A program made the position numbers and the translations under genes. A DNA stretch of 20,461 bases, taken from assembly GCA_963978095.1 (NCBI GenBank), contig CAXBQP010000052.1:1-20461 (forward strand), written 5' to 3'. This stretch comes from an uncultured bacterium (GTDB taxonomy: Bacteria > Gemmatimonadota > Gemmatimonadetes > Gemmatimonadales > Gemmatimonadaceae). Position 1 is the stretch's first letter; each line of letters begins with the position of its first letter. The notes beneath the pieces are model-generated. The model saw nothing but the letters and a program-made list of their open reading frames with translations. It ran no database searches and had not been told where the DNA came from. Below are positions 8,513 through 17,350 of this stretch, in pieces.

Positions 8513-11002
8513 ATGCCTCGTCCTGAACTGCTCGCTCCTGCCGGCACGCTCGACGCCGTCCGCGCTGCTGTCGCGAACGGCGCCAACTCGGTGTACCTCG
8601 GCGTCGAAAAGTTCAATGCCCGCGACGAGGGCGCCCAGCTCACCCTGGATGACCTTTCGCAGGCGTGCGTGATCGCGCACAGTCGAGGCGTGCGGGTGTA
8701 CCTGACGCTGAACATCCTCGTCAAGCCGCAGGAACTGCACGATGCGCTCATGCACCTGGGTGACTGCATCGATCGCGGCATCGACGCGGCGATTGTGCAG
8801 GACGTTGGGCTCGTGCGTTTGATCCAGGCGGTCTACCCGGGTTTCGAGATACACGGTTCCACGCAAATGACGGTGCATGACGCGAGCGGCGCCGCGGTCA
8901 TGCAGCGGTTGGGTATCGAGCGGGTCGTGCTCGCCCGCGAGAACACCCTCGACGACATTCGTGCCATCAAGGCAGCGGTCCCCGGGATCGGTTTGGAAAG
9001 TTTCGTGCATGGCGCGCTCTGCATCTCGTACTCGGGGCAATGTTTCATGTCGGGGATGATCTCCGAGCGGAGCGCGAATCGAGGGTCCTGCGCGCAGTCA
9101 TGTCGCAAGGATTACGTGTTGCGGGATGCGGCGAGCGGTGTGGAGCTGGATCGGGGATTCCTCATTTCTGCCAAGGATCTCGGAGCGTACGACCATCTCA
9201 GGGCGATCGCCGAGGCCGGGATCGGTTGCCTGAAGATCGAAGGGCGAAAGAAGAAGCCGGAGTATGTCGCGACGGTCACCCGTGGATACGCGGATTTCCT
9301 CACGCAAGTGGAGCAGGGGACGTTCGTCGCGCCGAGCGACGCTGCCGTCCAGCCGCTGGTCCAGATCTTCAGCCGCGGCTTCACGGGTGGCATGTACGGA
9401 GGCCGCGCGGGACGCGACTACATCACGCGCCACCAGCCTGACAATCACGGCGTCGAGCTCGGACAGGTGATCAGCGGCGGCCCCGGAGAGCTCGTGCTCG
9501 ACACGCGATACGAGATCGAAGTCGGAGACGGGCTGGGATTCGAGCCGCCGGAGGGAACCACCCACGCGCGAAGCATGGGGTTCAGCGTGACCGGCGTGCG
9601 CACGATCTCCCGCGGGCCGGCTGGATTCCGTCAGGCGGTCAGTAGCCGGATGCGTGTCCCGACCGGTTGGCGCGTCCTGCGGTCGTCGCACGCGGCGTTG
9701 CTCGAGCGGGCGCGCGCAAGCTTCGCCGCGTTGGCGGGGCCAGCCAAGGAACGCCGCACCGCTCTCGACGTGCGCCTGTTCGGCGGCGCGGGGGCCCCAT
9801 TGAAGGCCGTCTTCGCCGCCGATGGTGAGGACGTCACGGTTCAGAGTGAGATTCCGCTGGCGCTTGCCAGCAAGCGCGCCCTCGACGTCCCGCAGCTGCG
9901 TGAGCAGCTCGGACGGCTCGGGGACACGCCGTTTGCGCTGACCGCGCTCGACGCGAGCGGCCTCGCAGACGGGCTCTTCCTGCCCGTCAGCGAACTGAAT
10001 CATCTGCGCCAGCGTGCGGTGGACGAGCTGATGGTCCGCCGCGACTGGGCACAGTCGGCCGCGATGGCAGAGCGCGCGGCGCGCGTGACGGCCGCCCTCG
10101 CGTTCGCACCGACCCCGCGGACTGCGAATGCGAGCGAGGCCGGCGCGTTCGCGCTTCGCACCGAAGTCTTCACGATCGAGGATGCCCGAGCGGCGGCGGA
10201 CGCCGGTACGACGGAGATCGTGCTCGATCCGTTCCTGCGCCATCCCACGCCACCCGTATCGCGAGTGAAGGCGCTCGCGGCGGAGCTCTCCGCGCGCGGC
10301 ATCGGGCTCCGGCTCCGCACGCCGACGATCGTGCGTCCCGAAGAACGGGCATCCCTCGACAAATGGATCGCGCTCGATACCCCGCTGCTGTCGGGGCACC
10401 TCGGTCTGGTTGCGGAGTTCGGCGCCGCGGGGCGCGATATCATCGCGGACTACGGGGTCAACGCGTTCAATCCGCGGACGGCGGAGGAGCTGTTCGCACT
10501 GGGGGCGCGACGGATCACGGCGTCGGTGGAACTGACGGCCGACGAGATCGAGCGGCTCACGGCTCCGTGGGGAGGTGCGGGATTTGACGTGATGCTTCAT
10601 GGCCGGCCGGAGGGGATGACGATTGAGCATTGCACGTTGTCGGCGGCCTTCGATCGCGTGGTGACCACCTGCCGCGACCTCTGCGTGCAGAAGCATACGG
10701 ACGTCGCGCTCACCGACCCCACGGGCTACACATTCCCGGTCGCGACGGACAGTGCCTGCCGCAATCGCTTGCTGCACTCGCGCGCGATCGAGGGCAGCGA
10801 GTTCGCGCCGCGGCTGTGGCGGGCTGGCATCCGCGGGTTCCGCTTGGTGTTCAACACGCGCGGTCAGCCGGTGCACGGCATCGTGACGGCGTATCGCGCG
10901 GTGCTCGATGCCCTCGTGCGGGGGGATGTCCCCGACGTGTCGGCCGTGCGTGCCGCGCTCGGCGGAGAGTTCACGCGCGGGCATTTCGCGCGCGCCGTCT
11001 GA
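8513..11002 (+). CDS. Peptidase U32 family protein, long form with DUF3656-like region; probable Fe-S 23S rRNA C2501 hydroxylase (RlhA-like)
   Basis: Start ATG 8513 (MPRPELLAPAG), 829 aa; HGSTQMTVH, ESFVHGALCISYSGQC, NRGSCAQSCR, LKIEGRKKKPEYV; LREQLGRLGDTPF; second degenerate U32-like domain at the C-terminus. Confidence 0.87.
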   Translation: MPRPELLAPAGTLDAVRAAVANGANSVYLGVEKFNARDEGAQLTLDDLSQACVIAHSRGVRVYLTLNILVKPQELHDALMHLGDCIDRGIDAAIVQDVGLVRLIQAVYPGFEIHGSTQMTVHDASGAAVMQRLGIERVVLARENTLDDIRAIKAAVPGIGLESFVHGALCISYSGQCFMSGMISERSANRGSCAQSCRKDYVLRDAASGVELDRGFLISAKDLGAYDHLRAIAEAGIGCLKIEGRKKKPEYVATVTRGYADFLTQVEQGTFVAPSDAAVQPLVQIFSRGFTGGMYGGRAGRDYITRHQPDNHGVELGQVISGGPGELVLDTRYEIEVGDGLGFEPPEGTTHARSMGFSVTGVRTISRGPAGFRQAVSSRMRVPTGWRVLRSSHAALLERARASFAALAGPAKERRTALDVRLFGGAGAPLKAVFAADGEDVTVQSEIPLALASKRALDVPQLREQLGRLGDTPFALTALDASGLADGLFLPVSELNHLRQRAVDELMVRRDWAQSAAMAERAARVTAALAFAPTPRTANASEAGAFALRTEVFTIEDARAAADAGTTEIVLDPFLRHPTPPVSRVKALAAELSARGIGLRLRTPTIVRPEERASLDKWIALDTPLLSGHLGLVAEFGAAGRDIIADYGVNAFNPRTAEELFALGARRITASVELTADEIERLTAPWGGAGFDVMLHGRPEGMTIEHCTLSAAFDRVVTTCRDLCVQKHTDVALTDPTGYTFPVATDSACRNRLLHSRAIEGSEFAPRLWRAGIRGFRLVFNTRGQPVHGIVTAYRAVLDALVRGDVPDVSAVRAALGGEFTRGHFARAV

Positions 11003-11089
11003 GGTGGCCGCCGTTCCACCTCGCAATGCGATGATGCGCGTGCAGCTTTCCGGGTTGCACAGCTCCCGGACCCAGCACAACACTGCGGC

Positions 11090-13135
11090 GTGACCCAGGC
11101 TCCGCTCGACGTCGCGCGGGAAACCCTCCGGGATCGTTTCGGCCACGCCGACTTCCGGCCTGGGCAGGCGCGCGCCGTCGAGGCCGTGCTCGCCGGTCGG
11201 GACACGCTGGTGATCCTCCCGACGGGCGGTGGGAAATCGGTGTGCTACCAAGTGCCGGCGATGCAACTGCCGGGACTCACGGTCGTACTGTCCCCCCTGA
11301 TCTCGCTCATGAAGGATCAGGTTGATGCCCTCGACGCGCGCGGCATTCCCGCGACGTTCATCAACTCGTCGCTCTCGCAGTCAGAGATTGCGAGCCGGTT
11401 GGCCGAAGTGCACCGCGGGGCGATCAAACTCCTGTATCTCGCTCCGGAGCGTTTCGACGCAGGGACGACCGCCGATCGCCTTCGCACGATTGGTGTCAGT
11501 CTGCTCGCGATCGACGAGGCGCACTGCATCAGCGCGTGGGGACACGATTTCCGCCCCAGCTATCGGAGGGTGCGCGATATCCGCGCGCGGCTCGGCGCGC
11601 CACCGACGGTCGCGCTCACCGCGACCGCCACGCCGGACGTACGCCAGGACATCGCGCGGGTGCTTGGTCTCCGCGATCCGGAGGTCGTACTGACGGGATT
11701 CGACCGCCCGAATCTTCGGTGGCATGTGGTGCGCACCAAGAATGATGCCGAGAAGGACGGAACGCTCGTATCGATTCTCGGTGACCGGCCAGGACTCGCC
11801 GTGGTGTATGCGTCAACGCGCAAGACGGTCGAGCGGGTCGCCGGCGTGTTGCGGAAGCATCGGATTGCCGCCGTCGCCTACCATGCGGGGCTGGACGACG
11901 ACCATCGACGAAGCGTGCAGGAGGACTTCATGAGTGAGCGCGCACGCGTGATCGTCGCCACCAACGCCTTTGGAATGGGGATCGACAAGCCCAACGTGCG
12001 CCTCGTGGTTCACCACGCGATGCCGGGTTCGCTCGAGGCGTATTATCAGGAGGCGGGGCGCGCCGGTCGCGACGGACAGACCGCGGACTGCTTCCTGTTG
12101 CACGCCTTCCAGGATCGCTTCACGCATGAGTTCTTCATCAAGGGGGCGAGTCCCGAGAAGGCGGTCGTCGCCGACGTCTATGCCACCGCCTGCCGAACGT
12201 CCGCGCCGGACGGGTCACTCGCCCTCGACAGCACCGGGCTGGCAGCGGCGGCGAAGGGAAAGATCTCCGATCGTGAAGTCGAGTCGTCCATGCGGATTCT
12301 CCGACAGGCGGGCGCCGTCGTCGAAGCGGCCGGCGCGTTGGGGCACGTGCGCGTTCGCCTCCTGGCCACGCCGGAGCGGATCAAACAGGAGATGGGTGAC
12401 GCTCCGTCCATGGAGCTCGACCTCCTGCGCGCGCTCTGGCGAATGACCAAGGGAGCGGTGGCCGATGGTGTCGCGGTGGACCTCGACCGACTGCCTCCGG
12501 GCCTCGGCGGTGCAATGTTGGTGCCCGGCATGCTCGACGGCCTGCAGGCGAAGCAGATGCTGGTCTGGTCCCGCGTTGGCGAGGGCACGTCGATGACGGA
12601 CCGGAAGGCGCCGCTGAGTCGATGGCCGGTGGATTGGGAGACGCTCGAGCGACGACGTCAGGCGGAACTCGCCCAACTCGAGATGGTGCAGAAGTACGCG
12701 TACACAGATCGGTGCCGACGTGGTTTCGTGTTGCGCTACTTTGGTGACGCGGCCGCTACGGCCAGCTGCCAGCAATGCGACAACTGCCTGCACCTCGGCC
12801 ACGCCGCGGTGCAGGCACCCGAGCCACCCGCGGGCACTCGCGGTGCCCGATCCGGTCGGAAGACGAGGGGGGGGAGTACCGTAGGTGCGGATGCCCAACT
12901 GCCGGACCTCACCGAGGCGCAGGAGCAACTGTTGGCGCGCCTGCGTGAGTTGCGCGGCAGCCTGAGCAAGGCCGAGGGCGTCCCTGCGTATGTGGTATTC
13001 CCCGACCGCACGCTCCGGGAAATGGCGCGCGCCCGCCCTCGGACCGCGGGGGCGTTGGGCGACATCCACGGGGTGGGACCCACCAAGATGGAGCGCTATG
13101 GCGAACGATTCCTCGAACTGTTACGCGACGGGTAA
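11090..13135 (+). CDS. recQ: RecQ family ATP-dependent DNA helicase with Zn-binding motif and HRDC domain
   Basis: 681 aa; [62 protein letters not shown]...CQQCDNC, HRDC ([12 protein letters not shown]). Confidence 0.93.
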   Translation: MTQAPLDVARETLRDRFGHADFRPGQARAVEAVLAGRDTLVILPTGGGKSVCYQVPAMQLPGLTVVLSPLISLMKDQVDALDARGIPATFINSSLSQSEIASRLAEVHRGAIKLLYLAPERFDAGTTADRLRTIGVSLLAIDEAHCISAWGHDFRPSYRRVRDIRARLGAPPTVALTATATPDVRQDIARVLGLRDPEVVLTGFDRPNLRWHVVRTKNDAEKDGTLVSILGDRPGLAVVYASTRKTVERVAGVLRKHRIAAVAYHAGLDDDHRRSVQEDFMSERARVIVATNAFGMGIDKPNVRLVVHHAMPGSLEAYYQEAGRAGRDGQTADCFLLHAFQDRFTHEFFIKGASPEKAVVADVYATACRTSAPDGSLALDSTGLAAAAKGKISDREVESSMRILRQAGAVVEAAGALGHVRVRLLATPERIKQEMGDAPSMELDLLRALWRMTKGAVADGVAVDLDRLPPGLGGAMLVPGMLDGLQAKQMLVWSRVGEGTSMTDRKAPLSRWPVDWETLERRRQAELAQLEMVQKYAYTDRCRRGFVLRYFGDAAATASCQQCDNCLHLGHAAVQAPEPPAGTRGARSGRKTRGGSTVGADAQLPDLTEAQEQLLARLRELRGSLSKAEGVPAYVVFPDRTLREMARARPRTAGALGDIHGVGPTKMERYGERFLELLRDG

Positions 13136-13170
13136 CCTTTGTCCGGCGCACCCGCCTTATATTGCCAGCC

Positions 13171-14391
13171 ATGCATGATTCCCTCTATTTCTCCGAGCAG
13201 CACCTCGCCGTCCGCGAAATGGTGCGCTCGTTCGCCCGCGACGAAGTCGCGCCAGTCGCCGCCCAGTTCGACGAATCCCAGGATTTTCCCTGGGACAATG
13301 TGAAGAAGATGGCCGATCTGGGCCTCCTCGGCATCCCATGGAGTGAGGAGCTCGGAGGGGCTGGACTCGACACCATCTGTTTCATGATCGCCATCGAGGA
13401 GTTGGCGCGTGTTTGCGCGTCCCACTCGATCGTCGTGTCGGCGCACACGACGCTCGGCACGTCGCCGATCGTGAACTTCGGCAACGATGCCCAGCGCGAG
13501 CGGTATGTGCCGCTTCTCGCCAGCGGGTCGGTCCTCGGCGGCTTCGGACTCACCGAGCCCGGCGCCGGTTCCGACGCGGGGGGGACACGCACGACTGCCG
13601 TGAAAAAAGGGAGCCACTATTTGCTGAACGGCTCCAAGCGCTTCATCACCCACGCGGGCGTCGGCGAGATCTTCATCGTCACGGCGGTGACGGATCCCGG
13701 CAAGGGGACCAAGGGGATCAGCTCTTTCGTGCTCACCAAGGAGACCTGCGATCTCGAACGGGTGAGGGATCTCGGGATCGGGCACAGCGCGGAGCTGGTA
13801 CCCATGAAGGGATTCCGCGCGGGCAAGAAGGAGAACAAACTCGGCTGGCGTGCGAGTGACACCCGCGAGTTGTTGTTCGAGGACGTCGAGGTGCCGGCCG
13901 AGAACCTGATCGGGCAGGAAGGGCAGGGCTTCGTGAACTTCATGCGGACCTTGGATGCGGGGCGCATCGGGATCGCCGCCCTCTCACTGGGGGTGGCACA
14001 GGGCGCGTTCGATCATGCGCTGCAGTATTCCGCCACCCGAAAGCAGTTCGGACAGGCGATCGCGGAGTTCCAGGGGATCCAGTTCCAGTTGAGCGACATG
14101 GCCACGGAGCTCGAGGCGGGACGCCATCTCGTCTACCACGCGGCGTGGCTGGCCCAGAACGGACGCCCCTACGGCAAGGAGGCCGCGATGGCCAAGCTGT
14201 TCTGCTCGGAACTCGCGATGCGGAACACCACCAAGGCCATCCAAGTCCATGGAGGTTACGGCTACACCAAGGACTATCCGGTGGAACGCATGTTCCGTGA
14301 CGCCAAGATCGGCGAGATCGGCGAGGGAACGTCCGAGATCCAACGCATCGTGATCGCCCGTCATCTGCTCAAGGACCTCGCCGCCCTGTAA
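13171..14391 (+). CDS. Acyl-CoA dehydrogenase, short/branched-chain type
   Basis: Likely start ATG 13171; [69 protein letters not shown]. Confidence 0.95.
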   Translation: MHDSLYFSEQHLAVREMVRSFARDEVAPVAAQFDESQDFPWDNVKKMADLGLLGIPWSEELGGAGLDTICFMIAIEELARVCASHSIVVSAHTTLGTSPIVNFGNDAQRERYVPLLASGSVLGGFGLTEPGAGSDAGGTRTTAVKKGSHYLLNGSKRFITHAGVGEIFIVTAVTDPGKGTKGISSFVLTKETCDLERVRDLGIGHSAELVPMKGFRAGKKENKLGWRASDTRELLFEDVEVPAENLIGQEGQGFVNFMRTLDAGRIGIAALSLGVAQGAFDHALQYSATRKQFGQAIAEFQGIQFQLSDMATELEAGRHLVYHAAWLAQNGRPYGKEAAMAKLFCSELAMRNTTKAIQVHGGYGYTKDYPVERMFRDAKIGEIGEGTSEIQRIVIARHLLKDLAAL

Positions 14392-14440
14392 CGGGGGGTG
14401 GTAGTTGCAGACCGGCGGGTCCAGTCGTTAGCTATACAGT

Positions 14441-14846
14441 ACGACATCGCGAATCCCCGCCGCCTGCGACCCGGTTTGGCGAGGGTTCACCTGAGAGGGT
14501 GTGCACCCGGTCGGTGCAGTTCGACCGGATGATTTTCGTTCACCCGCTCTTCTGTTGCGTGTACCTTCCGGGACCTCATTGCTCCCAGCTTTCGATCGCT
14601 CGCTCAGCCGCACTTTGCTGACTCTGCCCGCCCCGGACGTCCGGGATGGGGATCGTCAGGCGTCTCGAGCGTGCCCGATCAACCGCGACATGAAGGGCCA
14701 GACCATCCGTGAAGTGTGGCGGACCAATCGCTGGGGCGCCTGCCGCTCCGGCGTTGGCCAGCCGCTCGTCCATACACCTTTGCCTTTCCGCGCGTCCGCG
14801 GGCGATCATGCTGGGTCGCCGCCTCCGGGTTTCGCTGCGGTCCATG
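14441..14846 (+). promoter_or_regulatory. Long structured 5' leader of the RNase E/G gene, candidate cis-regulatory RNA
   Basis: About 450-nt gap with no credible CDS; TACAGT -10-like hexamer at 14435-14440; hairpins at 14451-14488, 14494-14550, 14618-14659 and 14801-14820. Confidence 0.55.
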
Positions 14847-16475
14847 ATGAAGCGAGAGATCCTGATCAGCGCCACGCAACGCGAAGTCCGCGTGGCGATT
14901 CTCGAGGACGACCAGCTCGTTGAGCTTGCCGTCGAGCGTCCGGAAGCACGACGGATGGTCGGCGATATCTACCTTGGGAAAGTCGAAGCGGTGCTGCCTG
15001 GCATCCAGGCCGCCTTTGTCGACATCGGCACGGAAAAAAGCGCGTTTCTCCATTCGTCCGATCTCGTCTATGACGAGGACGGCGATGACGAGGACGACGA
15101 CGATGACGACGATTCGGACGCCGCCGATGACGGCGCTGAGATCCCGGATGGCGGAGACGCCCCGGCCGCTGAGTCCACGCCCCAGCCGCAGAAGCGCCGG
15201 GGTGGCGGTCGTCGCAAGCGGAAGGATCCTCCCCAGATCCAGGATGTGCTCAAGCGCGGCCAGAGTCTTGTGGTGCAGGTATCCAAGGAGCCGATCAGCA
15301 CCAAGGGCCCCCGGTGCACGGCACAAGTTTCGCTCGCCGGTCGCTTCCTCGTCTTCATGCCCCACGCGTCGCGCGTCGGGGTGAGCCGGAAGATCGGTGA
15401 GCGCTCCGAGCGGCAGCGCCTCCGCGAGCTCGTGCAGAAGGTGCTACCCAAGGATGTCGGCGGCGTGATCGTGCGCACCGTCGGCGAGGACGTCACCTCG
15501 GAAACATTCGAGCGCGAGATCAACGCGCTGGTGTCGACCTGGCAGAAGATCGAGAAGAAGAAGAAGTTCGTTGGTGCCGCCCCTAAGCTCCTGCATCGTG
15601 AGACCTCGCTCACACGGGGTATCATCCGCGACTTGTTCAGCGCCAAGGTCGACAAGCTGACGGTCGATTCCAAGCAGGTGTACAACGAGATCATCGAGTA
15701 CCTCACCTCGATCGCGCCCGAGCTCATCGAACGCGTGGTCTTGTATGAGGAGAAGGTCCCGCTGTTCGACAAGGCCGACATCGAGACGGAGATCCGCGAT
15801 CTCTTCAAGCGCCGCTGCGACCTGCCGAGTGGCGGCTACCTGATCATCGAGCCGACGGAGGCGTTGGTCTCGATCGACGTCAACTCGGGGCGGTTCGTGG
15901 GCAAGAAGGATCCCGAGAAGACGAGTCTCAAGACCAACACCGAGGCGGCGCGCGAGGTTGCCCGCCAGTTGCGGTTGCGTGACGTCGGCGGGATCATCGT
16001 GTGCGACTTCATCGACATGGAGACGAAGTCCAATCGCGACAAGGTCCTCCAGGAACTTCGTACACACCTCGGTCGTGATCGCGCACGCACCAAAGCGTTC
16101 GCGGTCAGCGATCTGGGGTTGATCGAAATGACGCGGCAGCGCGTCCGCCAGAGCCATCTGCAACAGATGACCGAGGCCTGTCCGACCTGCGCCGGCACCG
16201 GGCGTGTCTTCACGGCGGAGACGATCATTCGCCGGATGGAGCGCTCGGTGCGCCGGATCGCCGTCGAGGGACGCAAGGACAATCTGGTGGTCAAGCTCCA
16301 CCCGGACACGGCGATCTACCTGCTCGAGCACGAGCGCGATTTGCTCAAGAAACTCGAGAAGGGGCTCGGCTTCACGCTGGAGATGCGGGACGATCCGTTG
16401 CTCCGGCCGGACGAGTTCAAACTCGTCGTCAAGGGCGCCGGCCGCGATGTGACGCAGCAGTACGCCGTCGCCTAG
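14847..16475 (+). CDS. Ribonuclease E/G family endoribonuclease, RNase G-sized, with S1-domain insertion
   Basis: Start ATG 14844 or 14847 (MKREILIS); GDIYLGKV..VLPGIQAAFVDIG, VQVSKEPISTKGPR, IDVNSG, RQLRLRDVGGIIVCDFIDM, EMTRQR, Zn-link CPTCAGTG; no long C-terminal scaffold. Confidence 0.95.
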   Translation: MKREILISATQREVRVAILEDDQLVELAVERPEARRMVGDIYLGKVEAVLPGIQAAFVDIGTEKSAFLHSSDLVYDEDGDDEDDDDDDDSDAADDGAEIPDGGDAPAAESTPQPQKRRGGGRRKRKDPPQIQDVLKRGQSLVVQVSKEPISTKGPRCTAQVSLAGRFLVFMPHASRVGVSRKIGERSERQRLRELVQKVLPKDVGGVIVRTVGEDVTSETFEREINALVSTWQKIEKKKKFVGAAPKLLHRETSLTRGIIRDLFSAKVDKLTVDSKQVYNEIIEYLTSIAPELIERVVLYEEKVPLFDKADIETEIRDLFKRRCDLPSGGYLIIEPTEALVSIDVNSGRFVGKKDPEKTSLKTNTEAAREVARQLRLRDVGGIIVCDFIDMETKSNRDKVLQELRTHLGRDRARTKAFAVSDLGLIEMTRQRVRQSHLQQMTEACPTCAGTGRVFTAETIIRRMERSVRRIAVEGRKDNLVVKLHPDTAIYLLEHERDLLKKLEKGLGFTLEMRDDPLLRPDEFKLVVKGAGRDVTQQYAVA

Positions 16476-16480
16476 GCCGC

Positions 16481-17284
16481 GTGCCGTTCCTCGGGGGCGG
16501 TGAGAGCCGACGCGCGCGGTCCGTGGCGGTGCTCCTGGCCGCTGCCGTCGCGGCGCCGGCCACGGGTCTCCACGCGCAGGAGGGCGATCCCGTGCGCGGG
16601 CTCGCCCTCCTCGTGGCGACACGGGACTCCTTGCCCCGTCAGGTCGGGAACGGGCTGCGTTGCGTGAGCTGCCATCTGGACAACGGCACGCGGCCGTATG
16701 CCATGCCGTGGTCCGGTGTGACTCAACGGTACCCCAAGTACCGTGCGCGAAGCGGCACGGTGGAGTCGCTGGCGTATCGCGTCAATGACTGCTTCCGCCG
16801 TTCCTTGAACGGCGCGCCGCTCGATACCAACGGTCGGGCGATGCGGGACATCCTGGCGTATCTGCGCGGACTGCCGGCCCTTCCCGTCGGCCACGGGGGC
16901 GGAGCCGGACTCGGCGTGGATTCGCTGGACCCGGCGGTGGTTGGGAGGCCCGTGGCCGGTCGGGCCGTGTACGCGCGGTCGTGCGCCCGATGTCATGGGA
17001 GCACCGGAGCGGGTGATTCCACGTTCAACGCTCCCGCGCTCTGGGGGCCCCGGTCCTACAATGTCGGGGCGGGAATGGCCCGGGTGCGGGTGCTTGGCGC
17101 GTTCGTGCACCGCCACATGCCGTACGACCGCCCCGGGACCCTGACGGTCCAGGAGGCGGCGGATGTGGCCATCTGGATCAACGGCCGCCCGCGCCCTGAC
17201 TTCCGGAAGAAGATCGATGACTGGCCGAACGGCGACGCCCCACCGGATGTCCCGTACAAGACCCGGGGGAGATTGAAGCCTTGA
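16481..17284 (+). CDS. tsdA: Periplasmic diheme cytochrome c, thiosulfate dehydrogenase TsdA-like
   Basis: 267 aa; signal peptide; CVSCH and CARCH; TsdA-type motifs YPKYR, RVNDCFRRSLNG (candidate catalytic/ligand Cys) and PALWGPRSYNVGAGMAR; HMP after heme 2. Confidence 0.78.
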   Translation: MPFLGGGESRRARSVAVLLAAAVAAPATGLHAQEGDPVRGLALLVATRDSLPRQVGNGLRCVSCHLDNGTRPYAMPWSGVTQRYPKYRARSGTVESLAYRVNDCFRRSLNGAPLDTNGRAMRDILAYLRGLPALPVGHGGGAGLGVDSLDPAVVGRPVAGRAVYARSCARCHGSTGAGDSTFNAPALWGPRSYNVGAGMARVRVLGAFVHRHMPYDRPGTLTVQEAADVAIWINGRPRPDFRKKIDDWPNGDAPPDVPYKTRGRLKP

Positions 17285-17309
17285 CCCCCAAGCATAGACA
17301 GGATATATT
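17281..17309 (+). promoter_or_regulatory. Sigma70-type promoter of rplU-rpmA
   Basis: TTGACC (17281-17286), 17 nt, TATATT (17304-17309), ending 41 nt upstream of the rplU ATG. Confidence 0.8.
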
Positions 17310-17350
17310 CTTAGGCTCTGCCAAATACCATCCGTAACTGAGCGGTACCT

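Noticed and set aside
9098..11266. 722-aa minus-strand ORF, and similar long antisense ORFs (935..1996, 3444..4910, 15444..16622, 16472..18103)
   Set aside because: They lie opposite well-supported genes, have no recognisable motifs, and are typical stop-poor shadow frames of high-GC coding DNA.
14441..14660. Identification as 6S RNA, tmRNA, RNase P RNA, SRP RNA or a cobalamin riboswitch
   Set aside because: I could not find their hallmark sequences or end-to-end pairing by eye; kept only as an unassigned structured leader pending an Rfam search.
14501..14923. 140-aa ORF and upstream extension of the RNase ORF from 14709
   Set aside because: No SD, no motifs and atypical composition; the RNase E/G family N-terminus starts at MKREIL.
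17310..17350. Ribosomal-protein leader (L21 leader) upstream of rplU
   Set aside because: Predicted leader is only about 35 nt with a weak 4-bp stem; insufficient support.
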